Position numbers and translations under genes: made by a program. Below the pieces are notes generated by a model. The model ran no database searches, was not told the origin of the DNA, and saw only the letters and a program-made list of their open reading frames with translations. From Solidesulfovibrio sp. (GTDB taxonomy: Bacteria > Desulfobacterota > Desulfovibrionia > Desulfovibrionales > Desulfovibrionaceae), in contig NZ_JARKOZ010000123.1 of NCBI RefSeq assembly GCF_029978005.1, positions 3,210 through 67,209 on the forward strand: a DNA stretch of 64,000 nt, written 5' to 3'. How positions within the stretch are numbered: position 1 is the first letter of the stretch; each line of letters starts with the position of its first letter. This document shows, in pieces, positions 29,517-39,324 of the stretch.

Positions 29517-30401
29517 CTAGTGTCCTCCCTTCCAGAGGTTGCCCATGCATTTCCACATGACGGAGGTGTCCTCGCCGCCGAAGCCCTGGGCGCAGGAGGT
29601 CCGGTTGAGGAAGTCCACGGCGCGGCCGAGAAGCGGCGGCGCTCCGGCCCCTTCGGCCATCTCCACGCCCAGGCGGACGTCCTTGGCCAAAAGGGCCACG
29701 GTGAAGGTGGGGTCGTCGTAGCGCTCGTCGCTCACGCGCTGGCCGAGTTCGCGGAAGAGGTTGCTGACGGTGCCGGCCTGGCTGGCGGTGATGACGTCGT
29801 AGAGCCGGTTCGGGGCGACGCCGACCTTCTCGGCCACGGCCATCATCTCGGCGGTCATGGCGTTGATGGCGCCGAACATCATCTGGTTGAGGAGCTTGAC
29901 CTTGTGGCCGGCGCCGCTGTCGCCCATGTGCACGACGTGGGCGGCGACGAGGCGAAGCAGCGGCTCGACCCGGGCGCAGGCCTCGGCGTCGCCGCCCACG
30001 GGTAGGGCCCATTTGCCGATGGTGGCGGGGCGGCCGAGCACCGGGGCGTCCAGGTAGGCCACCTCCCACTCCAGGGCGGCCTCGGCCATGGCCCGGGTGG
30101 TTTCCGGGGCGCTCGTGCACATGTCGACGATCACGGTTCCGGGCGCGGCCGCTTCCAGCAGGCCGCCCGTGCCGAGCACGCAGGCGGCGATCTCCGCCGG
30201 CCCCGGCAGGAACAGGATGATGCAGCCGCTGGCCCGGGCCAGGGCCTCCAGGCTCTCGTGCATGGTCACGCCGAGTGCCGCGGCCTTGGCCACGCAGGGG
30301 GCGAAGGCGTCGTAGCCGTGGACGGCCAGGCCGTGTTCCAGGAAGGTCGCGGCGACAGCGCGCCCCATGACTCCGGTGCCGACAATGCCTACGGTTTTCA
30401 T
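29517..30401 (-). CDS. NAD(P)-dependent beta-hydroxyacid dehydrogenase (3-hydroxyisobutyrate DH family)
   Basis: GTGVMG Rossmann motif, DMCT, DAPVLG, GAGHKVKLLNQ, LLAKDV. Confidence 0.9.
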   Translation of the reverse strand: MKTVGIVGTGVMGRAVAATFLEHGLAVHGYDAFAPCVAKAAALGVTMHESLEALARASGCIILFLPGPAEIAACVLGTGGLLEAAAPGTVIVDMCTSAPETTRAMAEAALEWEVAYLDAPVLGRPATIGKWALPVGGDAEACARVEPLLRLVAAHVVHMGDSGAGHKVKLLNQMMFGAINAMTAEMMAVAEKVGVAPNRLYDVITASQAGTVSNLFRELGQRVSDERYDDPTFTVALLAKDVRLGVEMAEGAGAPPLLGRAVDFLNRTSCAQGFGGEDTSVMWKCMGNLWKGGH

Positions 30402-30482
30402 AGCGATCCTCTGTGCTCCATCGTCGCCGGCGAACGTGCCGGCCCTGCGCCCGACGCCCCGCCTTCCCCACGGCGCGCCGGA

Positions 30483-31496
30483 CTATGCCTGGCTGCAGGA
30501 CTTGCGCAGCATCAGCTGGGTATCCAGACACAACCTCCGTGGCACGCCGTCGCCGGATTCGATCATGTCCATGAGCAGGCTCACGGCGAGATGGCCGATA
30601 TCCCAGCTCGGGACGCGCACCGTGGTCAGGGGAGGGGACGTGTAGTTGGTGAATTCGATGTCGTCGAAGCCCATGAGGGAAATGTCCTCGGGCACTCGCA
30701 AGCCGCGCTCCCGGACGGCGGCCATGGCGCCGATGGCCATGAAGTCGCTGGCGGCGAACACGGCCGTGGGGGGCTTGGGCAGGCGCAGCAGGCGGGACAT
30801 GGCCTCCTTGCCGTTGAGCATGGTGGGATGGCGCTCGATGACAAGCGCGGGATCGCAGGGGATGCCGCGCGCCTCCAGGGCCGCCGCGTAGCCGTCGTAG
30901 CGCCGCCTGGCCCGCAGGATGCCCGAGCGCGGGCCGACGATGAGGCCGACGCGGCGGTGTCCGAGTTCCAGCAGGTAGTCGGTGGCCTCGAAGGCGGCCT
31001 GGTAGTTGTCGATGCCCACGTAGCTCAAGGGGACGGTTTCGGGCAGGATTTCCCAGGCGACCAGGCAATGCAGGCCCTTTTCGGCCATGGACAGGATGAG
31101 CTCCTCGTTGGCCTGGCAGTAGCCGGTGAGGATGACGCCGGCCATGCGGCGCTCCAGGCATTTGTGCAGCAGCACGGCTTCGATTTCAGGATCGTAGCGG
31201 GTGTTGCTGACCATGACGGGGAAGCCGCGTTCGTAGGCGTATTCCTCGATGGCCCCCACGGTGCTGGCGAAGACGGTGCCGCCGGTGGTGGGGATGAACA
31301 CGCCGATGACCGAGGATTTCCGCCGGGAGAGGTCGGCGGCGGCGGCGTTGTAAATGTAGTTGTTTTCGCGGATGATGCGTTCGATGTTCTCCCGGGTCGC
31401 CTTGCTGACGAGGTGGGGGGAGTGCAGTGCCCGGGAGACGGTGGCCGGCGAGACTCCTGCCATCTGGGCGACGTCCTGGATGGTGATCTGCGCCAT
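30483..31496 (-). CDS. LacI-family transcriptional regulator
   Basis: ITIQDVAQMAGVSPATVSRAL HTH, YIYNAAAADL hinge, VGIDN, SDFMAIG, GFDD, PPLTTV. Confidence 0.95.
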   Translation of the reverse strand: MAQITIQDVAQMAGVSPATVSRALHSPHLVSKATRENIERIIRENNYIYNAAAADLSRRKSSVIGVFIPTTGGTVFASTVGAIEEYAYERGFPVMVSNTRYDPEIEAVLLHKCLERRMAGVILTGYCQANEELILSMAEKGLHCLVAWEILPETVPLSYVGIDNYQAAFEATDYLLELGHRRVGLIVGPRSGILRARRRYDGYAAALEARGIPCDPALVIERHPTMLNGKEAMSRLLRLPKPPTAVFAASDFMAIGAMAAVRERGLRVPEDISLMGFDDIEFTNYTSPPLTTVRVPSWDIGHLAVSLLMDMIESGDGVPRRLCLDTQLMLRKSCSQA

Positions 31497-31597
31497 GTGA
31501 CTCCCTGTGCCTCGTTGTCGGCATGGGCTGGCCGGCGCGTGTGCGGCGGCGTATTTCCCATGCGGCCTTGCTGACGTTGCCGGAAGAACGCATTGAA

Positions 31598-31611
31598 TGA
31601 AACCGATTTCA
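31598..31611. promoter_or_regulatory. LacI-type operator 1
   Basis: TGAAACCGATTTCA fits TGNAANCGNTTNCA. Confidence 0.7.
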
Positions 31612-31860
31612 TCCAGCCCGGACGAATTGTCAAGAAAAAGCACGCAAACACCTGAGTTCATACGAAATTTATAAAAGTATCTCTTTCATGTCACGTTTTC
31701 TTTTGGTAATCATGTTTTAGACATGCCTGTTGCACAAATAATGGTGAAATGCCTTTCCGGTCGGCCGGCGACCGGCCAACTGCGCCTGGCGGGGCGAGCA
31801 TGGCCGAGAGACCGGCATCCGGGGGATGCGGGCCCTTGACAGGGGCCGGCCGTTGCGGAA

Positions 31861-31874
31861 TGAAAGCGATTGCA
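31861..31874. promoter_or_regulatory. LacI-type operator 2
   Basis: TGAAAGCGATTGCA fits TGNAANCGNTTNCA; just upstream of the TauE gene. Confidence 0.65.
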
Positions 31875-31905
31875 GTGACGGTCGGAGCAATGACGGCTCC
31901 GGGAA

Positions 31906-32676
31906 ATGCCAGCCAGGAGGCGGACCATGTGGCTTTTGGCGGCGACCGTGCTGGTCGTCGGCGTGCTGACCGGCCTGACCGGCGTGGGCGGCATCCTGGT
32001 CATCCCCGTCCTGCGGAGCGCCGCCGGGCTTTCCGTGCAGGCCGCCATGGCGACCGCCTTGTGCAGTTTCTTCTTCGTGGGGGCCGTGGCGGTCTGGCTG
32101 CAGCAGCGGCGTCAGGCCATAGACTGGGCTCCGGCCCTGCCCCTGGCCGCGAGCGCCGCCGTGGCCAGCCCGCTCGGGGCCGTGGCCAACGCCTACGCCC
32201 CGGTCGCCCTGTTGCAGCTGGTGCTGTCGCTGTTGATCGTCTTTGCCGGGACTTCGGCGCTTTTTCCGCCCAAGGCCGGCGCGCTGCTTCGGTTTGACCC
32301 GGCGAGCAGGCGGCACAAGGCGATCATGGTCGGCATCGGCTCGGTGGTGGGTTTCTTCTCGGGGCTGACCGGCGCGGGCGGCCCGGTCCTGTCGATCCCC
32401 ATCATGGTGGCCCTGGGCTTTCCCCCCCTGCTTTCCATCGCCGCCGGCCAGGTGTTGCAGGTGGCCGTCGCGGCCTGCGGCACACTTGGCAACCTGTTCT
32501 ACGGCGTGGTCGATTTCCCCGTGGTCGCCTGGATCACGGTGGTGCAGATCCTCGGGCTCGTCGTCGGCATCCGCCTGTTCCCCCTGGTGTCGCCCCAGCG
32601 CCTGCGCCGCCTGGTCGCCTCCATCTGCCTGCTCGTGGGGGCGTATGGTTGCTTGCGCGCGCTCCTCTCATCGTAG
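31906..32676 (+). CDS. TauE/SafE family (sulfite/organosulfonate exporter-like) membrane protein
   Basis: Duplicated GVLTGLTGVGG / GFFSGLTGAGG motifs, about 8 TM segments; the start may be 31927. Confidence 0.88.
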   Translation: MPARRRTMWLLAATVLVVGVLTGLTGVGGILVIPVLRSAAGLSVQAAMATALCSFFFVGAVAVWLQQRRQAIDWAPALPLAASAAVASPLGAVANAYAPVALLQLVLSLLIVFAGTSALFPPKAGALLRFDPASRRHKAIMVGIGSVVGFFSGLTGAGGPVLSIPIMVALGFPPLLSIAAGQVLQVAVAACGTLGNLFYGVVDFPVVAWITVVQILGLVVGIRLFPLVSPQRLRRLVASICLLVGAYGCLRALLSS

Positions 32677-32875
32677 CACGGTCGCGCCAGGCCGCCAGGC
32701 GCGCGGGTGCGGATGGCCCTGAGATGGTGCCGGCAGGTGGGACAGGTTGACGGCGCGGTTGGCAACCTGTCGAAAAAGGCCGTGAGCTGCCCGAAAACGC
32801 GAAATCGCCCTCGCGATTGCCCTGGCAAGAGAAGATTGCCGCGCCGGAGCTTTTCCGCGGCATGTCGTCCGTGGG

Positions 32876-33300
32876 TTATTTGGTCTGGAAAAATTGTTGG
32901 CGCGCCGCGTCGCTGTCCGGTATCGGCATGACGCCGGTCTTGCGCGCCGTTTCATACGCCGCCGCCAACTCCTTCTCGCCGACCGAGGCCGCCTCCTCGA
33001 AAGTGGAATCCTCAAGCATGGTGGTTTCGAGATACAATTGCCGCTTGCCAGCGGGGTCGAGCGAGACGCCGACGAGCATGTGCCCGGGCAACAGGACCAG
33101 CGACGTTTCCAGGCCGATCTTGGCGAATACTGAGGCAAGCAGGCAACTCCCCTCCACGCAGTTGGCCTGCCGGCCTCCCAGGGCCTCGCTGATGAAGCGC
33201 ACGTTTTGCACCCAGACGCCGTTGGGCTCCACCGACGGCGTGGGCAGATGCGAATAGCGTATGCCGCGCCGTCGCGCCGAGGTCGGCCATGAATGCGCCA
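32876..33300 (-). pseudogene. Fragment of a transglutaminase-like (Cys-His) domain protein
   Basis: GIRYS...QNVRFISEAL..RQANCVEGSCLLASV...LLPGHMLVG...YLETT; upstream part is degraded and abuts the IS relic. Confidence 0.5.
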
Positions 33301-33689
33301 ACGCCTCCGGGTCGGAGGCTCCCATGTTCGGCGTTGCGGCGAAGCGGTTTCCTGGCCGGTCCGTCGCCCCTCGTCGTAACCATCGCGCAGTCTGCCCTTC
33401 TGTCGCGCCCATGCGGCGCGACCCACGCTCCCCCTCCCTGCAGCGGCTCCAGCATGCCGCGCCGCATCGGCGCAGGGCCGTGTCCCTTGCATGTCGCGCG
33501 ACAGGCGTTTTCCTGGGTCGCCGACGCATCGACGCCATTTTCCCAAGGAGAATCACCGTATGAGACGAGGCATTTCGACGATGTGCATTCTGGCCCTGAC
33601 CCGGAAGAGGCCCGGTTCGGTCGGACAGGTTGGCGGCGAGGTTTAGCTATGGTCCCGGTGGACGCCCATGCCGCCTTGAAGGCCGTTTG

Positions 33690-34602
33690 GGAGAGGGGCC
33701 GAAAACGGTGTAAACCCCCCTGTTGACGTTTCAGCAGAAGTAGTCCTTCAACCTGTCCTGGAAGGAGACCGAAAGCTGGGCCATGATCTCCGACCGGTTC
33801 CTCGTTCTCACGGTCCATCGCTTCGAGGCCTTGGTGACTGCGAGATGGAGCGCCTTGAACAGGGCGATATCGGTCGGAAAGACGCTTTTGCCCTTCATGG
33901 TCTTTCTCGCCCGGCTGTTGCGGCTCTCAATGGAATTGGTGGCGTCGATCAGCCGTCTCAGAACATCAGGATACTTGAAGAGAGTGGCCAGTCGTCCCTC
34001 TTTCGCTTCCTGGACATGATCACATGCGGGTATTTCCTGCCCCCACGTTTCCTCGAATTGGGCCAGAGCCATGAGGCCTGCGTCCTCCGTGGGAGCCGTG
34101 TAGATCGAGCGCAGGCAAATGCAACCTCCTTGCGTTCCTCCAGGTCGATGCCCGCCACCAGGGAGGCGGCCACGTTCTTGACCCGGCCATCCCGTCGGAA
34201 CTCGAGGAACAGCGCGTCCATGAACACGATGGCGTACACCGGCTCCTACGGCCGGTTCGGCCATTCCTTGGCCTTGTCGATGACGGCGTCGGTGATCCGA
34301 CTGACCGTCTCGGGCGAAATGTCGTGGTTGTAGATTCCCTTGGCCTCGTGCTGGTTATCAGCGATGCTCATCCCCTTGGCATACATGGAAAGGATGCGCT
34401 TCTCGAAGCCGGTCATCCCGGCTCCCGGAGCCGTCTCGACCACGCCCTTGATCATCGAACGGAGAACGCCATTGAGGTCCTCCTGGCTGGTGATCTCTCC
34501 CCCGAGCATCATCCTGGCAAGCTTGTCACGGTTGAGCAGCACGAAAAGCTGCCGGGACTTTCGCCCATTAGCGGATGCTTACACGGATTTGGTTACAGAC
34601 TC
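33690..34602 (-). mobile_element. IS256-family insertion sequence relic (internally deleted, frameshifted)
   Basis: Transposase fragments ILSMYAKGMS...ISPETVSRITDAV..KAKEWPNRP, YAIVFMDA, IYTAPT, TNSIESRN...FPT; imperfect terminal IRs ending in GTGTAA (gagtctgtaaccaaatccgtgtaa; ggagaggggccgaaaacggtgtaa). Confidence 0.85.
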
Positions 34603-34863
34603 TGCCAGCTATGTCTCGTATACATCCCCTTTCGGCAGGCGTTGGTGGCAGTATCCCGGAGTTTCCCCCTATTTCTGGAATACAATTGATGTCATCCTGG
34701 ATCGAGCCGGCGATACGGATAGCCCTCATGTGCTCTTCAATCCATGCTGGTCGTTCCATCGTCAGTCTGCTAGTAAGTCCGAGGGCAATAAAGAAAATTG
34801 TGTTAGTCTGGAGAGCATTTTTCGAAACATCGTTTATGTGACGCCATGGTAAAGTTTTGGAAG

Positions 34864-36135
34864 CTATACCTCGTTATATTGTAATTGAATGTCACGAATC
34901 ACGACTCCCAGGATGCGATTGTCTGTTGAACATGGATCGATCTCCGAGGGAATGAAAGTTGAGTCGCAGGACAACTCGAAGGTTGTCGTCTCACCATCTC
35001 GTGTTATTCCTTCCAAAGGAATGCTTAGAGAGTATTCTCCGTTTCCAGAGAAATTGTAATTTGCCAACAGCCTTCCATTGCTGTGAATAGTTATTGCTAG
35101 CGGCATGTCGATAGGGCGCGCGTGCATAATAGAAAAGTGAATGGTATTGAAGTGACATTTCTTTTTTACGACTATGATGCAGCGCGTGCTTGTCCAGCCG
35201 TCGTTCGTTACATCGACAGTCAGAAAATCAGAGTTCAATGCCAGGCGGCGATCTTTCCGAAGGATGCTCTTGATGGCGGCTCTTTCTTTTTTGTCATAAT
35301 AGCGCATGGCTTTTTTGATTAAGCCGAGTGCCTTTTGTTTTGTATAGAATTCTCTTGTTTGTTTTTGTTTTTCAAGTGTTTCTTCAATATAAGAAACTAT
35401 CCAATCCACTGGAGTGTTTGAGAAGTGACGGTTCACAACCGCCATGCTTTCTAAAAAAACAAGTTCTCGCTGGGCAACAGTCTTGCAGTCGTCATGCAGA
35501 CGGGAGAGCGCCAAACATTTCGGCATGTAGCCTATGCGGTCGGGAAAGGTTTTGAAGGCACGGATCCAATAATCATAGTCCATAGCTGTGACGAGACTGG
35601 GGTCCAGCAAACCTATCTCTTGGATGATGTCGGAACGAAAAAAAACAGCCGGCTGACAGAGGAAGCATCCATTGCGCAGGGCATATGCTTCCCCGGGCGG
35701 GCGGACTGGGTAGGCTCCGAGCGCCAAGCCTGCTTCATTGATCCACATCGCATCGCCGTAGACCATGATGTGGTCAGGATTCGTCGAAAAATAGGCAACA
35801 ATTTGCGATATGGCACCAGGCAATAAGATGTCATCCGAATTCAACCAACACAGGATGGACCCCTTGGCCGTGCAAAAACCTTGATTTATCGCCATGGCCT
35901 GCCCGCCATCCGGCTGAGATGTCCAGCGAAATATTTTGGGCCATGGAGCTTCTGTGTGCGATAGAATTTCTATGGATTGATCGGTTGAGCCGCCATCCAT
36001 GACAATATGCTCTATCAAGCTATAGTTTTGGCTTAGTACGCTTTCTATAGTTTGGTCTATATATTCGCCTTGGTTAAATGAAGGCGTGACAACTGAAACA
36101 AGTGGTCTGTTAGGAATAAGTGTCAGCATTTTCAT
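34864..36135 (-). CDS. Glycosyltransferase family 2 with C-terminal extension (AT-richer, probably acquired)
   Basis: VSVVTPSFNQGEYI, DGGSTD, AINQGF, WLNSDD, CQPAVFF, MDYDYW. Confidence 0.9.
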   Translation of the reverse strand: MKMLTLIPNRPLVSVVTPSFNQGEYIDQTIESVLSQNYSLIEHIVMDGGSTDQSIEILSHTEAPWPKIFRWTSQPDGGQAMAINQGFCTAKGSILCWLNSDDILLPGAISQIVAYFSTNPDHIMVYGDAMWINEAGLALGAYPVRPPGEAYALRNGCFLCQPAVFFRSDIIQEIGLLDPSLVTAMDYDYWIRAFKTFPDRIGYMPKCLALSRLHDDCKTVAQRELVFLESMAVVNRHFSNTPVDWIVSYIEETLEKQKQTREFYTKQKALGLIKKAMRYYDKKERAAIKSILRKDRRLALNSDFLTVDVTNDGWTSTRCIIVVKKKCHFNTIHFSIMHARPIDMPLAITIHSNGRLLANYNFSGNGEYSLSIPLEGITRDGETTTFELSCDSTFIPSEIDPCSTDNRILGVVIRDIQLQYNEV

Positions 36136-37447
36136 TCAAGTATTACTTTTTCAAACGGCCATATAGTAGATAGAGTTATTTTCAAACGACAGACGATTCG
36201 TACGCCGTTCTCTGCCTCAAGTTCAGTCTTGCCTGTCAGACTTTATTTGAACGGTTTCATCCCCGCCTGCTCACACAACGATCTCCCGTTGTCCAGTCAA
36301 TCTCGAGCACCGTGACGTTCGCCATGTTCCCATGTGCTATCCGGCATAGCATTATAGATGCTTTCGTAAGTCAATGGCGCCAGCTGTTGCCGTGCAGTCG
36401 AGCGCGGATCGGCATCGATTTGAGGCCCGATATGTCGCTCGATAGATACAAATAATTTATCCCGTGTCGTCCGAAATCATTTGCTTGGCAAGACGGCGAG
36501 CCTCGACAAGGCCCGTCGGATAATGTTCTTCAAAGATCGTGTCTTCAAAAAGGCCTGCCAGCGCTATGGAATTTGCTCTCTGATTGTTTGGGACGGGCCG
36601 TCGGTGTCGTATCGCACCATGAGTGAACCGTGGCGAGCTGAAATCCTGTCGCATTCGTCTTGTCCTGGAAGCTGGAATGGATTTGAATTGATGACGCTCG
36701 GCCAAGTCGCTGTGTTTGCTTTCTACATGTGCTTCATCGACGACAGAGTTGGTTGGAGTTTTGACGAGTGTAAATAAGTCTCAGTATTTATAATAAACTT
36801 CAATGCCGCGCAAGTGGGATTCGCAAGGCCCAATTCGATGATTTGGTGCGGCAGAATTCTCCGCGGGCAAATGACGGGAGAGGGTCTCGCCTGGAAGGTG
36901 ACCGTCAAGGATACGAACCTGTATTCTCGGATTTTGGGAATGAACGAATCGCGGCCTGTCGTGATGCTCCACTGGACGTGGCGAACGGTCGAGGGGATGT
37001 CCCTGTCGACCATTGCGCTGGCGTCCGATGGCGCTGCCCGTGCCGCGGTCGCGAACCGGCTTGCCGGGCCCATGTCGAGCCCGGGGGGGCGTCGCTCGAC
37101 GCCTGCCCGTTCAAGACCTTCCTCCATGCCGGGTTGTTCGCATGGAGTGTCCGCAGCGCGCATGCTTCCGGTCGATGCGACCTGGCCGAGCCCATGGACG
37201 CTTGGTCCCCAGGTGTTGCCGAGTGCTCCGCCGTGGCCGGTCCCTCTTGAAGGGCCAGCGCAGAAGTGCGTTCCTCTGTGGCCCGAACATCTTCGAGCGC
37301 AAAACTGCGGGGTGGTCCCATGACCAGGCGTAGGGAAACAGCGTCGGCCGGGGAGCCCTCCATGACAGGCTCGATCCGCTGCCGGGCAAACTAGCCGGCC
37401 TGCGGGCCCAGGACTCGGGGAACGCCCCCCCCCGGCGACGGGCCGCG

Positions 37448-37762
37448 CTACTTGATCGGGGAAAACGAAGCGGCGCGCAGTATCTTGTTCTCCTGCTTCT
37501 CCAGCAGGGGCATGACCCTGGGCAGGAACTCGGCCTGCCATGTCGGGTCGGCGTAGAGGGCCGCCCGTTTTCGCGTGCGGTCGTCCAGGCTTTCGTAGGC
37601 CCAGATGTGCGTCACCTGGTTCAATGCCCCGATCTCCGTGTACCAGAACCCGACGAGCCTGGCGTACCGGGAAAGGATGGGCAGGCCGGTAGATTCGAAG
37701 ACGTCGAGGTACTGCTGCAATACGCCAGGGCGCAAAGTGTAGGTCCGCATTTCGAAATACAT
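37448..37762 (-). CDS. NIPSNAP family protein
   Basis: YFEMRTYTLRPG...VGFWYTEIGALNQVTHIWAYESLDDR. Confidence 0.92.
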   Translation of the reverse strand: MYFEMRTYTLRPGVLQQYLDVFESTGLPILSRYARLVGFWYTEIGALNQVTHIWAYESLDDRTRKRAALYADPTWQAEFLPRVMPLLEKQENKILRAASFSPIK

Positions 37763-37861
37763 GATGCCGACTCCTCGTATCGCGTTTGGCTTGAACCGTC
37801 CGATCGGCGCATTCCCTTGCCAAGCCTTGGGCCGCGACCCGCCAGGACGCGCCAGGCCGGG

Positions 37862-38827
37862 CTACAGCGTCTTGGCGAGCATCTCCATGTGGCTGGCCGA
37901 CAGGCCGAGCTGGTTGGGATGGCGCAGGATCTTGGGAAAGAGCTCCTCGCGCAGCCATTTGTGGGCCGGATCGTTCTGGAAGCACTCGTGCCACCACAGG
38001 GAGATCTTCACCTTGGACGCCTCGAAGGGCAGGGGCAGGGCGACGAGACTGTCCTCGTTGCGGCTGTTGCGGACCACGTGCCAGGGGATGACCGCGATCA
38101 GGTCGGTCTGGCGCACCACGCCGAAGGCCGCGCCGTAGGAATTGACCGTCAGCTTGACCGTGCGCTTGAACCCCATCTCGCGAAGGGGCTTGTCCACGAT
38201 CTCGTTCCAGCCGCCTCCGGTCACGACCACCACCTGCGGATAGGCGATGAAGTCCTCGACCCGGAACGTCTCCTTGCGGGCCAGGGGATGCTCGCGCCGG
38301 ACGACCACGGCCAGCCGGTCTTCGTCCACCACCCGTTGGTACATGTTGCCGGGAAATTTGTTGTCGATGCTGATGGCCAGATGGATTTCCCCGGAGATGA
38401 TCTGTTCCTTGGCCGCGGCGTCCCAGTTGCGGATGGTGAACTGGAGCTTGCTTTCCATGGAGAGAAGAAAGGTCAGCACGTCGCACAGCACGTACTGCAC
38501 GACGTAGTCCGGAGCCGACAAGATGAACTCTCGCGTGTGCATCCCTGGCTGAAAGAAATTCGAGAAGAGGGAATCGATGCCGTCCAGGACAAAATCGAGT
38601 TTTTCCTTCAGGCACTTGGCCGGCAAGGTCAGGATGTATTCCTTGCCGGAACGCACGAGCAGGGGGTCCTGGAAATACTCGCGCAAGCTGGCCAGGTTGC
38701 GGCTCATGGTCGGCTGGGTCAGGTTGAGCTTGACGGCCGCATTGCTCACGTTGCGTTCGTCAAGAAGGGCCTTGAGCGAAATCAAGAGATTGAGATTGAG
38801 CTTGGACAGGTCGACAAGGTGATGCAT
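37862..38827 (-). CDS. LysR-family regulator 1
   Basis: LNLNLLISLKALLDERNVSNAAVKLNLTQPTMSRNLASLREYFQDPLLVRSG; DPAHKWLRE. Confidence 0.95.
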   Translation of the reverse strand: MHHLVDLSKLNLNLLISLKALLDERNVSNAAVKLNLTQPTMSRNLASLREYFQDPLLVRSGKEYILTLPAKCLKEKLDFVLDGIDSLFSNFFQPGMHTREFILSAPDYVVQYVLCDVLTFLLSMESKLQFTIRNWDAAAKEQIISGEIHLAISIDNKFPGNMYQRVVDEDRLAVVVRREHPLARKETFRVEDFIAYPQVVVVTGGGWNEIVDKPLREMGFKRTVKLTVNSYGAAFGVVRQTDLIAVIPWHVVRNSRNEDSLVALPLPFEASKVKISLWWHECFQNDPAHKWLREELFPKILRHPNQLGLSASHMEMLAKTL

Positions 38828-39028
38828 ATCCACCCCCCCGCTGATTTACAAGCTACAGGCCTCGGGACGGAAATCCTCCGCGCGGCTGCTCCCGGACCGC
38901 CCTCCGAGCGGAAATCCGTCGCGGCGGCACGAAAGAAGCGTTTTGCCCAACAAGCTGATATATTTAACTTTTGCCTTATTATCCTATAAAGCAAACTGCG
39001 ACAAGGTCTCGCACCATTGTCTTTTTCG

Positions 39029-39043
39029 ATGCTCGTTATGCAT
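39029..39043. promoter_or_regulatory. LysR-type T-N11-A box (ATGC-N7-GCAT)
   Basis: ATGC-TCGTTAT-GCAT between divergent LysR1 and the SLC13 permease. Confidence 0.5.
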
Positions 39044-39324
39044 AATATGAAGCAGCCGCTTCATTGCCCTTCCCTCCCGCCCGCATCGCCCCTGCCGTGA
39101 CCGAACCTTCGGTTGGTTGTTCGCCAGAAGCATCTATACGAATTGTTGATACCGACCTTTCGCAAATTGGCCTTGAAAAAGGCCGCGCCGGTTGCGTTAT
39201 AAAGAGCTTGCGAAAGGCTTTCCTGCATGACCTGGAATCAAGTCATTACTTACGCTACGGCAGTCGGCACTCGAGTGCTTGTTCGAAAGAGGAATCGACA
39301 TTCTACATTTCAAAGGAGGAGGTC

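Noticed and set aside
36252-36270. CRISPR type I-E-like repeat half (cggtttcatccccgc)
   Set aside because: Single occurrence, no palindromic second half and no spacer periodicity. No CRISPR array was found anywhere in the window.
36140-37440. Several short ORFs listed in the track
   Set aside because: No recognisable motifs and inconsistent composition; treated as non-coding or decayed DNA.
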